A stretch of 32,000 nucleotides of DNA from Pirellula staleyi DSM 6068. Its GTDB lineage: Bacteria > Planctomycetota > Planctomycetia > Pirellulales > Pirellulaceae. The stretch's first letter is position 1, and every line of letters starts with the position of its first letter. Position numbers and translations under genes: made by a program. The DNA is taken from NCBI GenBank assembly GCA_000025185.1, contig CP001848.1, positions 570,001-602,000 of the forward strand, in the 5' to 3' direction. Positions 9,089 to 16,722 of this stretch are shown in pieces. The notes below the pieces were generated by a model. It was given only the letters and a program-made list of their open reading frames with translations, had not been told where the DNA came from and did not search any database.

Positions 9089-9337
9089 CTAGCGATCAGA
9101 CTCGATGATGGCGAGGACTTGGCCGATGTGAAGCGGCTCGCTGGTTCCGACAAGACGCTGGGCGAGAATGCCGGTAGCGGGAGCGGTGAGTTCGACCGCG
9201 ATTTCCCCCGCGAGAACTTCCAGCAGCTTTTCCCCCTCCACCACGCGCGAGCCTTGGGGCGCGAGCCAAGCGATGGTGCGGAGTGGAACTCCACCGAGGT
9301 CGAGCGATGGCATCGAGAAATTGACGCGGCGTTTCAT
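9089..9337 (-). CDS. Single biotinyl/lipoyl-like (barrel-sandwich hybrid) domain protein lacking the acceptor lysine
   Basis: The 82-aa sequence FSMPSLDLGGVPLRTIAWLAPQGSRVVEGEKLLEVLAGEIAVELTAPATGILAQRLVG..IGQVLAIIE aligns by hand to E2/GcvH-type lipoyl domains. The ETDKA hairpin position reads LAGEI. The gene lies 41 nt downstream of lipA on the same strand. Confidence 0.6.
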   Translation of the reverse strand: MKRRVNFSMPSLDLGGVPLRTIAWLAPQGSRVVEGEKLLEVLAGEIAVELTAPATGILAQRLVGTSEPLHIGQVLAIIESDR

Positions 9338-9378
9338 CGGAATCCTTTCGCGAAGCTGATGAGGTCGCCTGGTTCGAT

Positions 9379-10251
9379 TTACAGCTGCGGCGACTCGTGC
9401 TCGGCCATTTCGCGAGCGTGATAGCTGCTGCGAACCAGTGGTCCGCTGGCAACTTGCGAGAACCCAAGCTGTTTGGCAATTGCGCCGAGCTCGTCGAATT
9501 CTTCGGGGGGAACGTAGCGCACGACTGGCAGGTAGTTGTCGGCCGATTTAGCACTCGGCATCAGGTATTGGCCAAGTGTCAGGAAATCGCAGCCCACGCT
9601 TCGGAGATCGGCCAGAGTATCGAGCAACTCTTGACGTTCTTCGCCGAGACCGAGCATCAAACCACTCTTCGTTTTGATCGAGGGGTCGCGCTCTTTAATG
9701 CGCTCGAGCAGTCGCAGGGTCCAGCGATAGTCGCTCTTGGGACCTCGCACTTTGCGATAGAGCCGAGGGACCGTTTCGGTGTTGTGATTGAAGACATCGG
9801 GGCGGGCATCGATGACACGATCGAGCGCTTCGGGGCAGGTGACGAAATCGGGAGTGAGGACTTCAATTGCCGCGCCGGTTCGAGCACGCACCGCTTGAAT
9901 GCAGCGCACATAATGATCGGCACCACCGTCGCGCAAATCGTCGCGCGTGACGCTGGTAATCACCACATGCTTGAGCCCCAGCCGAGCGGCGGCTTCGGCG
10001 AGCCGTTCGGGCTCGTCTTGCGAAAGTGGTGCGGGGCGTCCGCGATCGACGGCACAAAAACCACATGGCCGGGTGCAGACTGCGCCGAGGATCATGAACG
10101 TGGCGGTCTTTTGCGAGTAGCACTCCATCCGATTGGGGCACTTCGCGTTGTCGCACACCGTCTCGAGTTTGAGTTCTTCGAGCAAACCGGCGGTGAAGTT
10201 GCCAAAGTTTCCTTTGGGGACCTCGCGTTTCAGCCAGCGAGGCAGACGCAT
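9379..10251 (-). CDS. lipA: Lipoyl synthase
   Basis: Auxiliary-cluster motif CDNAKCPNRMEC (Cx4Cx5C), radical-SAM motif CTRPCGFC (Cx3Cx2C) and C-terminal RSSYHA are all present. I chose the start at ATG 10251 (MRLPRWLKREVPKG). The upstream extension to 10401 would overlap lipB by 83 nt. Confidence 0.9.
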   Translation of the reverse strand: MRLPRWLKREVPKGNFGNFTAGLLEELKLETVCDNAKCPNRMECYSQKTATFMILGAVCTRPCGFCAVDRGRPAPLSQDEPERLAEAAARLGLKHVVITSVTRDDLRDGGADHYVRCIQAVRARTGAAIEVLTPDFVTCPEALDRVIDARPDVFNHNTETVPRLYRKVRGPKSDYRWTLRLLERIKERDPSIKTKSGLMLGLGEERQELLDTLADLRSVGCDFLTLGQYLMPSAKSADNYLPVVRYVPPEEFDELGAIAKQLGFSQVASGPLVRSSYHAREMAEHESPQL

Positions 10252-10318
10252 CAGTTGCTGGGGATCGGGCGATTCGCTCGATGAGCAACCCGAGTTAGGA
10301 ATCGAGACTAGCGGCAGT

Positions 10319-11107
10319 TCAAGCGGCGAGTTCACGCGAGGTATCCGGCAACTGAGCGAGGAACGGATGCGACTGATGGAGGTGAAACGACTCGCAGCCA
10401 AAAGCTTCGGCGAGGTGGTTCACCAGGAGTCGCGAGGTGGACTGTATTGTAGCTCCTCGCGCGTGGTCCGATAGTCGACAGTTCATGCTCTCGCCGCGCC
10501 GAATCGACGGCACATTAGCCCCTTGCAAAGCTGTTGTCGGGAAGGTGATCACTCGGCTGGCCGAGGAAACGTCGTTGGTGATATTCAGGAACATCCCCTG
10601 CTGCGTCACCTGGCGCCGAATGGCGAGTCCCAAAGCGGCCACAAGTCCGCCTGGGCCAAGCACATGCTGACTCGCCGGATGGAGTCGCGCCGGAAATCCT
10701 TGCTCGGCGAGTGCACGGACCACACCGTGGCGAAATTGCGTGGCAAATTGGCCAATGGTCAGGCGATGCCAACGGAGCGGAACGATCGGATAGATCGCCA
10801 GCTGACCCTCTTGATGCCACAGGCATCCCCCACCACGAGGGACATATTTGAGCGACAGGCCACGTCCCTCAAGCTCGGTCGACGAGAACTGAATGTCGCT
10901 GCGCACCCCACCTCGGCCGATGCTGACGACCCCCGCATGCTCGCAAAGCAGGAACGTGATTCGTCCATCGGCCCGCGAAATGGCGTCGTAAGCCAGACGC
11001 TGCTGAGCATGCTGCGCATCGTCGAAATCGACGCGTCCCAGCACGTAAAAGCTGGCCGCGAAATGGCGTTTCGCTCGGCGAACCTGTCCACTCGAGGTCA
11101 TGTCCAT
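10319..11107 (-). CDS. lipB: LipB-family (octanoyltransferase-like) protein with apparently degenerate active site
   Basis: Family motifs are present: LLCEHAGVVSIGRGG, PRGGGCLWHQEGQLAIYPI, LVAALGLAIRRQVTQQGMFLNI. The gene is directly upstream of lipA. My hand alignment to E. coli and M. tuberculosis LipB puts Leu at the catalytic Lys and no Cys at the PCG position. Confidence 0.6.
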   Translation of the reverse strand: MDMTSSGQVRRAKRHFAASFYVLGRVDFDDAQHAQQRLAYDAISRADGRITFLLCEHAGVVSIGRGGVRSDIQFSSTELEGRGLSLKYVPRGGGCLWHQEGQLAIYPIVPLRWHRLTIGQFATQFRHGVVRALAEQGFPARLHPASQHVLGPGGLVAALGLAIRRQVTQQGMFLNITNDVSSASRVITFPTTALQGANVPSIRRGESMNCRLSDHARGATIQSTSRLLVNHLAEAFGCESFHLHQSHPFLAQLPDTSRELAA

Positions 11108-11365
11108 GACAGTTCTGTTAGCAGCAGTTCCAGACTGCTAGCGGCGCGCAATGTGGGCCACTAGACGAGAGGTGGAGGAAAGTTAGCAGAATTGAAAGCC
11201 TTGCAGGAAGAGCAGTTTAGCGCCGCGCGACTTCGCCAGACGCAACTCTCGAGCGGCATTTTCCTGCCGTAACGAGCTGATCTTTTGCTAGAATGCTTCG
11301 AAAGAGATACTCGCATTTAGCATCGGCTGGACAATCCCCTCCTGGCGACCTGCAACACGACTGTT

Positions 11366-11905
11366 ATGGCAAAGAGCGACAAAAAAACGAAACCTGCACC
11401 CAAGGCGGCACAAAAAGGGGCGGCCAAAGCAGCTCCCAAGAGTGCCGATCCGCCGGTGACGCTCGTCGCCGAGAATCGCAAAGCACGCTTCAATTACGAG
11501 ATCCTCGACTCGCTCGAGTGCGGCATTCAGCTGGTGGGTAGCGAGGTGAAAAGCCTCCGCGATGGGAAGCTGAGTCTCGACGAAGCCTATGCCCGCATTA
11601 AAGATGGGGATGTGTGGCTGGTGGGTGCCGACATCGCCGAATACAAGCAGGCGTCGATCTGGAACCATGCCCCCAAACGTCCACGCAAACTGCTGATGCA
11701 CAAACAGCAGATGCGTAAATTCGCCGGCACCAGCCACGACAAGGGGCTGACCCTTGTTCCGCTGAAGGTCTACTTCACCGAGCGCGGAATCGCCAAAGTG
11801 GTGATCGGCCTCTGCCGAGGTAAAAAGCTGCACGATAAACGCGAGACACTGAAGAAAAACGACGCCAAACGTGATATCAGCCGTGCCTTTCGCAAGAAGG
11901 TGTAA
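11366..11905 (+). CDS. smpB: SsrA-binding protein SmpB
   Basis: ENRKARFNYEILDSLECGIQLVGSEVKSLRDGK, VWLVGADIAEY, PKRPRKLLMHK, GLTLVPLKVYF, KVVIGLCRGKKLHDKRE. The N-terminal ~30 aa are an Ala/Lys/Pro-rich extension. An in-frame GTG at ~11455 would give a canonical-length protein. Confidence 0.9.
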   Translation: MAKSDKKTKPAPKAAQKGAAKAAPKSADPPVTLVAENRKARFNYEILDSLECGIQLVGSEVKSLRDGKLSLDEAYARIKDGDVWLVGADIAEYKQASIWNHAPKRPRKLLMHKQQMRKFAGTSHDKGLTLVPLKVYFTERGIAKVVIGLCRGKKLHDKRETLKKNDAKRDISRAFRKKV

Positions 11906-12055
11906 CGCGTCGGCCCGGCGGTTCTTCGATTCTTTATGCAGCGGCGCGAACCGCTGCGAGCCAGATTGCGTAGAGCCCCCAGCCTCGTCGTCTCGCAATT
12001 CACTTGCACGTGCCACACTTCGCGCCGTGTCAGTCACCTGCTACGTTCGCCGACT

Positions 12056-12742
12056 ATGCTTCAGCTGACCAACATCAAAAAGTCGTATCGCGAGCCGGGT
12101 GGCAATCCGCTGCCGGTGCTCGACATCCCTTCGTTCCGCGTCGAATCGGCCGAGCAAATTGCGCTCGTCGGTCGTAGTGGTGGTGGCAAAACCACGCTGC
12201 TGCATATCATCGCGGGGATCACGCGCGCAGATAGCGGATCGATCGTCCTCGACGGTCTCGAGCTGTCACAGCTCTCCGAACCGGGGCTCGACAAAGTCCG
12301 GGCTCAGAAGATTGGCTACGTTTTTCAAACGTTCAACCTTCTCTCCGGTTTTTCGGCGCTCGAAAATGTCTTGCTCGGGATGACGTTCGGCAAAGGAAAG
12401 TACGACAGCGACCGAGCGCGACAGCTGCTCGCCAAAGTGGGGCTCTCCCATCGTTTGGGGCATAAGCCGCGGCAACTGAGCGTCGGCGAACAGCAGCGCG
12501 TTGCAGTGGCTCGCGCGCTCGCCTGCAAACCAAGTCTGCTCCTGGCCGACGAACCGACGGCCAATATCGATCCGCGGAATCAGCAACACATCATCGACCT
12601 GATTCGCGAGTCGTGCCGCGACGAAGGCGTGTCGCTCGTCATCGTGACCCACTCGTCGGAAGTGGCTGGTCAGTTCACACGCATCGAGCGGCTGGAGCAA
12701 ATCAATCGAGCCATTGCCGATGTCGTAGCAACTACGAAGTAA
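12056..12742 (+). CDS. ABC transporter ATP-binding protein (MacB/LolD/FtsE-type)
   Basis: Walker A GRSGGGKTT, Q-loop FQTFNLL, signature LSVGEQQR, Walker B LLLADEP, H-loop VTHS. The start at ATG 12056 (MLQLTNIKKSY) matches family N-termini. The upstream ORF extension from 11936 is Arg-rich and non-homologous. Confidence 0.88.
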   Translation: MLQLTNIKKSYREPGGNPLPVLDIPSFRVESAEQIALVGRSGGGKTTLLHIIAGITRADSGSIVLDGLELSQLSEPGLDKVRAQKIGYVFQTFNLLSGFSALENVLLGMTFGKGKYDSDRARQLLAKVGLSHRLGHKPRQLSVGEQQRVAVARALACKPSLLLADEPTANIDPRNQQHIIDLIRESCRDEGVSLVIVTHSSEVAGQFTRIERLEQINRAIADVVATTK

Positions 12743-12816
12743 AACGTTTGCACCTAGTTTGCCCCGCGCTTGCAGCTGTTGTTTGTAGCTCTTGTTTGCC
12801 CAAGGATTCGCTTCCG

Positions 12817-14406
12817 ATGTCGCTCTTCTCCATCGCATTCCGCAGCATTGTTCAGCGCCCCGTGGCCAGCGCGCTCACGATTCTCTCGATGGCGCTCGGC
12901 GTGATGATGGTGGTGATGGTCTTGTCGGTGTTTGGTGTCGTCAAGCGTAGCTTCAGCAACAATGCCAGCCTCGGCTACAACATGATCGTCGGGGCCAAAG
13001 GGGGCCAAGAGCAACTGGTCCTCAACACCGTCTTCTATCTCAGTAAGCCGGTCGAAAACATTCCTTACACCTACTATATGGAGTTCCTCCGGACCGACGA
13101 ACGGACCAAACTTCTCGAGCCATCCCTCAAGCGCATGGCGTGGGAAGAAGCCAACGCTGCTCGTGCCCGCTCGCTCTCCGCCACAGGTTTTCAGAGCAGC
13201 ATCGACGAGGTCCTGCAAGCTGCCGCGAAGGCCTCGTCGAGCATCGACGAGCGCGGACAAGGTCTCGAGCGCGATGGAAAGTTTGGCATGCTCACCGAGC
13301 TTGCGATTCCGCTCTGCTTAGGCGACTACTACGATCGTTTTCGGGTCGTCGGCACCACCCCCGATTTTCTCGACAAGCTTGTCTATCGACCTGAAGAAGG
13401 ACTGAAGTACGAACTGGCCGAGGGTCGCAATTTTGTGCATAAAAGCGAGGAAAATGGCTATTTCGAAGCGGTCGTCGGCCACACGGTGGCGCGTGAAATG
13501 GGGGTCGGTGTGGGTGACGAATTCTCACCTGCTCACGGCGATCCGACCGGACACATGCACGAACGGAAATTCAAAATCGTGGGGGTCCTGAAGAGCACCG
13601 GAACACCGAACGATCGCGTGGTGCTGGTCAACATGGAAGGCTTCTACTTGATGGAAGACCATGCCAAGCCTCTCGAAGAAGCCCCCAAGGAAGAACGTCC
13701 GGAACTCACCGACGAAGAAGCGATGCAGGCGATGAAAGCGAAGGCCAAGCTGGCTTCCGCCGTGCAGCGCATGGCCGATCCCGATCCACTGCCGGTTGAG
13801 CAGCGCGAAGTGACGGCGCTGTTGCTGAAAGTTCCGACAATGATAGCTCCCGGCATCGAGAATGCCGTGAATGAGGGGCGCGATGCGCAGGCCGTTCTCC
13901 CTGTCGCGGTGATCTATGGCCTGTTCGAATTCATCGTGAATCCGATTCAGTGGACACTGCTGGTGCTCACCGCCATGATCTGCATCGTCAGCGGCATCAG
14001 CATCTTGGTGAGCATCTACAACTCGATGAGCGAACGAAAGCACGAAATTGCGGTGCTCCGCGCACTCGGCGCTGGACGCAGTACGGTGATGACCATCATC
14101 TTGCTCGAAGCGACCTTCCTTGCACTTGCAGGTGGAGCCGTGGGATGGCTCACAGGTCACACACTTGTCGCAGCTGCCAGCCCGGTGATCGAAGACAACA
14201 CCGGCGTTTACATCGGGTTCTTCTCAGCCGATCCGATGGTCGATGTGTTTGAGCTCCTCCGTGGCGAACCGAGCGAAACGCTGCAGCTCACCGTTCCTGT
14301 CGAGTTGCTGCTGATCCCCGCGCTGATGGTGCTGGCGGTGATCGTCGGTATCTGGCCTGCATTTGCTGCCTACAAAACCGACGTCGCGGCATCGCTCGGC
14401 AAGTAG
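12817..14406 (+). CDS. ABC transporter permease, FtsX/MacB-type (N-terminal TM, large periplasmic domain, C-terminal FtsX 3-TM bundle)
   Basis: MSLFSIAFRSIVQRPVASALTILSMALGVMMVV is a typical MacB/LolE N-terminus. The C-terminus has the SERKHEIAVLRALGAGRS motif and three further TM helices. It follows the ATPase gene. The start is ATG 12817, not 12613. Confidence 0.85.
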   Translation: MSLFSIAFRSIVQRPVASALTILSMALGVMMVVMVLSVFGVVKRSFSNNASLGYNMIVGAKGGQEQLVLNTVFYLSKPVENIPYTYYMEFLRTDERTKLLEPSLKRMAWEEANAARARSLSATGFQSSIDEVLQAAAKASSSIDERGQGLERDGKFGMLTELAIPLCLGDYYDRFRVVGTTPDFLDKLVYRPEEGLKYELAEGRNFVHKSEENGYFEAVVGHTVAREMGVGVGDEFSPAHGDPTGHMHERKFKIVGVLKSTGTPNDRVVLVNMEGFYLMEDHAKPLEEAPKEERPELTDEEAMQAMKAKAKLASAVQRMADPDPLPVEQREVTALLLKVPTMIAPGIENAVNEGRDAQAVLPVAVIYGLFEFIVNPIQWTLLVLTAMICIVSGISILVSIYNSMSERKHEIAVLRALGAGRSTVMTIILLEATFLALAGGAVGWLTGHTLVAAASPVIEDNTGVYIGFFSADPMVDVFELLRGEPSETLQLTVPVELLLIPALMVLAVIVGIWPAFAAYKTDVAASLGK

Positions 14407-14415
14407 CTCGGGGGA

Positions 14416-16722
14416 CTAAACGAGCCCCCATTTCTTGCGTAAAAACCACTCGCTTCCCATCAGCGAGACCAGCAACAAGAGCATCGGCCAGGCGGTCGAC
14501 GGAGAACCTCCCAGCTGCTCGCGCTCGATACGTTCTTCGACCTCTTGAGGGCGCTGACTCAGCTCGTCGAGCATCGCAGGTAGCTCTTCGAGCGCGAGGC
14601 TTCGGCCCCCTGCATCGCGAGTCCAGGCAGCCAGTGCATCCATCGCAGCGGGATCGGCGGCAGCTATCGACAGCTCGACGTCGCGATCGACCACCAGCAA
14701 TTCTGCGCGGGAATTGCCGAGCGGTTTGCCATTTTGCGACGCAGCCACTTCGACTGCATACGGGCCGCTCTCTACCAGCTGTACTTGTCCCGACTGTAGC
14801 TTGCGATCGCTGCTGAGCGTGATCGGCTGACGCTTTCCATCGGGCCGAACAAGCACAACGTCGAGCTTGGCATCAGGAATCGGATCCCCCGCAGCTGTTC
14901 GAGCGCCCGCTTCAATCCGGAGTTTTCCACCCGGCGCAAGTCGGCGCTGATCGAGCCTGACCCACACTTCATCGCGCGCCAGATCATCACGGCGCACGAG
15001 CCACAAAATCACCTGTCGCCAAAATCGCTTGTGCTGCTGCTCGAACCCATGCATCTGCCAGCGATAGGTCGATTCGCCAGCAAACGCCAAGACCCGCCCG
15101 CGACCATACTCGCCACTCACCAGCAGCGGTTCGCCGCGCGCGGTTTCGAGCAACACCCGGACACCAGGAATCGGCTTCACTCCCACAAAACGATTGGCCC
15201 AAGCCAAAGGAGGGAGCGGCTCCCATGCAGCAGCCATATCGGACGACGGTGAGATGCGGACCACCGGATGATCGGCTGCAGGTCGAGCTTCGATCGGCCC
15301 AGCGATGAAGAACTGATCGCGCTCTTGCCCACCAAAATCGGCTCCTTCGAGTCGATCGATCTTGATCGGCAGAACGTCGGCCAACGGTGTTCCAAGATAG
15401 TGGCCAGGACCAAAACTCGAACGCCCACCGATCATCAGTAGTCCCTTCCCCTGCTCCACCATCGTTGCGATCGTCGCCAGATTTTTTTCACCCAGCGCGC
15501 TGGCGTCGATATCCCCCAGGATGATCGCGTCGTACTTTCCGTCCTGAAAATCCTGCGGCAATTCAATCGGCCAACGCGAGCGAGCACGGCGGTCGATGAT
15601 GCGATCATCGAGCTCGATGTCGGGAGAACTATTTAGCGCGCGGCGCAGAAATTTCTGTTCAAAACGCTTATCCCCATCGAGATACAAAACCCGAAGCCCC
15701 CCCTCACGTACCGTGAGATAGGCGTCGAGCATGTTGTTCGACGTGACGAGTTCACCAGGCTGTGTCGGCATCGAAACTTGGAGTCGGTAGTTGCCTGCCA
15801 CTTGTGGCACGTAGCTAAACTCCACTTCCACCTGCGAGCCCTCAGCAGGCTGACGCACCATCTTTTCGCCGATCACCTGCTGACGATTCTGGGCATCGAA
15901 AAGGGTGAGTCGCACGGGGATATCCCGGCCGACATAGCCGCGCATGCGGAGCAGGCTTTTCACCACCAATTCGGTTTTTACAAAGACCGTGAACTGCTCG
16001 TCGAGACGCTGCACCGCCACATCCTTTGACGTCGCTGCGTCGCCGACGGGACCAATCGTGACCGCATACAGCGGAGCTGCAAAATCATCGCGCAGCTGAC
16101 GCGCCGCCTCTTGTGATTCGACTTGCGGATCGAACGCTGTTTGCACACCATCCCCAAGCAAAAACACCGCCGCGACACGCTTCCCTTGCTCGGTGCGAAT
16201 CGCCTGAGAAAGGGTCGTGCCGAGATCGGTTTCACTACCGGTTGGAGCGGCGGCAAGCTTCACGCGACCAGCTGTATCGACTTCGATCTGCTGAAGCGTT
16301 TTGTCGTACTGATAGAACTTCAGGTCGGTCGTTTGCATCAGCCGCGCAAGCGCGTCGCTCGACGCCTGCAGGGCAGCAAGCTGTGCGTCGTAGCGTGAGG
16401 TGCTCGACGTGCCACTGGGCAAAAGCATGCTGCGACTTCCGTCGGCCATGATGATGGCGACTCCACGTCGCGGCGTTTGATGCGTGTGCTGCCATGTTGG
16501 ACGAAGCATCGCAATCAGCAGTAGCAGAATCACGGCGATGCGCAGAGCCGTGAGCGACCAGTAGCGGCCACGCGTGAGGGACTTTGGTGGTGGGAGCAAC
16601 AGCACGAGAACCAGGAGTGCGATCGCAACCGCAATCACCACGGTGGTGGTGCCAACGATCGGCTCGGTCGTAAGCTCTGTGAGCGCTGCATACATGAAGG
16701 GAATTACATTACTGTGCATCAC
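14416..16722 (-). CDS. Membrane protein with vWA domain and GATase1-like (DUF1355-like) domain, Bat-operon-type
   Basis: N-terminal TM helices are followed by a MIDAS-type motif (IIMADGSRSM) and later FLLGDG. A class-I-amidotransferase-like stretch follows (YDAIILGDIDASAL...GKGLLMIGG; GRGRVLAFAGESTYRW). A C-terminal TM anchor closes the protein. Its start (GTG 16722 or ATG 16719) overlaps the upstream gene's TGA. Confidence 0.65.
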   Translation of the reverse strand: MMHSNVIPFMYAALTELTTEPIVGTTTVVIAVAIALLVLVLLLPPPKSLTRGRYWSLTALRIAVILLLLIAMLRPTWQHTHQTPRRGVAIIMADGSRSMLLPSGTSSTSRYDAQLAALQASSDALARLMQTTDLKFYQYDKTLQQIEVDTAGRVKLAAAPTGSETDLGTTLSQAIRTEQGKRVAAVFLLGDGVQTAFDPQVESQEAARQLRDDFAAPLYAVTIGPVGDAATSKDVAVQRLDEQFTVFVKTELVVKSLLRMRGYVGRDIPVRLTLFDAQNRQQVIGEKMVRQPAEGSQVEVEFSYVPQVAGNYRLQVSMPTQPGELVTSNNMLDAYLTVREGGLRVLYLDGDKRFEQKFLRRALNSSPDIELDDRIIDRRARSRWPIELPQDFQDGKYDAIILGDIDASALGEKNLATIATMVEQGKGLLMIGGRSSFGPGHYLGTPLADVLPIKIDRLEGADFGGQERDQFFIAGPIEARPAADHPVVRISPSSDMAAAWEPLPPLAWANRFVGVKPIPGVRVLLETARGEPLLVSGEYGRGRVLAFAGESTYRWQMHGFEQQHKRFWRQVILWLVRRDDLARDEVWVRLDQRRLAPGGKLRIEAGARTAAGDPIPDAKLDVVLVRPDGKRQPITLSSDRKLQSGQVQLVESGPYAVEVAASQNGKPLGNSRAELLVVDRDVELSIAAADPAAMDALAAWTRDAGGRSLALEELPAMLDELSQRPQEVEERIEREQLGGSPSTAWPMLLLLVSLMGSEWFLRKKWGLV

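Noticed and set aside
9397-10284. 295-aa ORF on the plus strand
   Set aside because: It lies antisense to lipA, whose radical-SAM and auxiliary-cluster motifs are unmistakable on the minus strand.
11288-12037. 249-aa ORF on the minus strand
   Set aside because: It lies antisense to the unambiguous smpB gene. Its composition is typical of a shadow frame in high-GC DNA, and it has no recognisable motifs.
12613-12816. Long N-terminal ORF extensions in the ORF track: permease from 12613, ABC ATPase from 11936, BatA_N gene to 19172, lipA to 10401, REC-kinase to 8843, FHA from 24932, NfeD from 19364 and secreted protein to 24256
   Set aside because: The extensions are Arg/Ser/Cys-rich and overlap neighbouring genes. 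They precede internal starts that reproduce the family-typical N-termini, some with an RBS. I used the internal starts.
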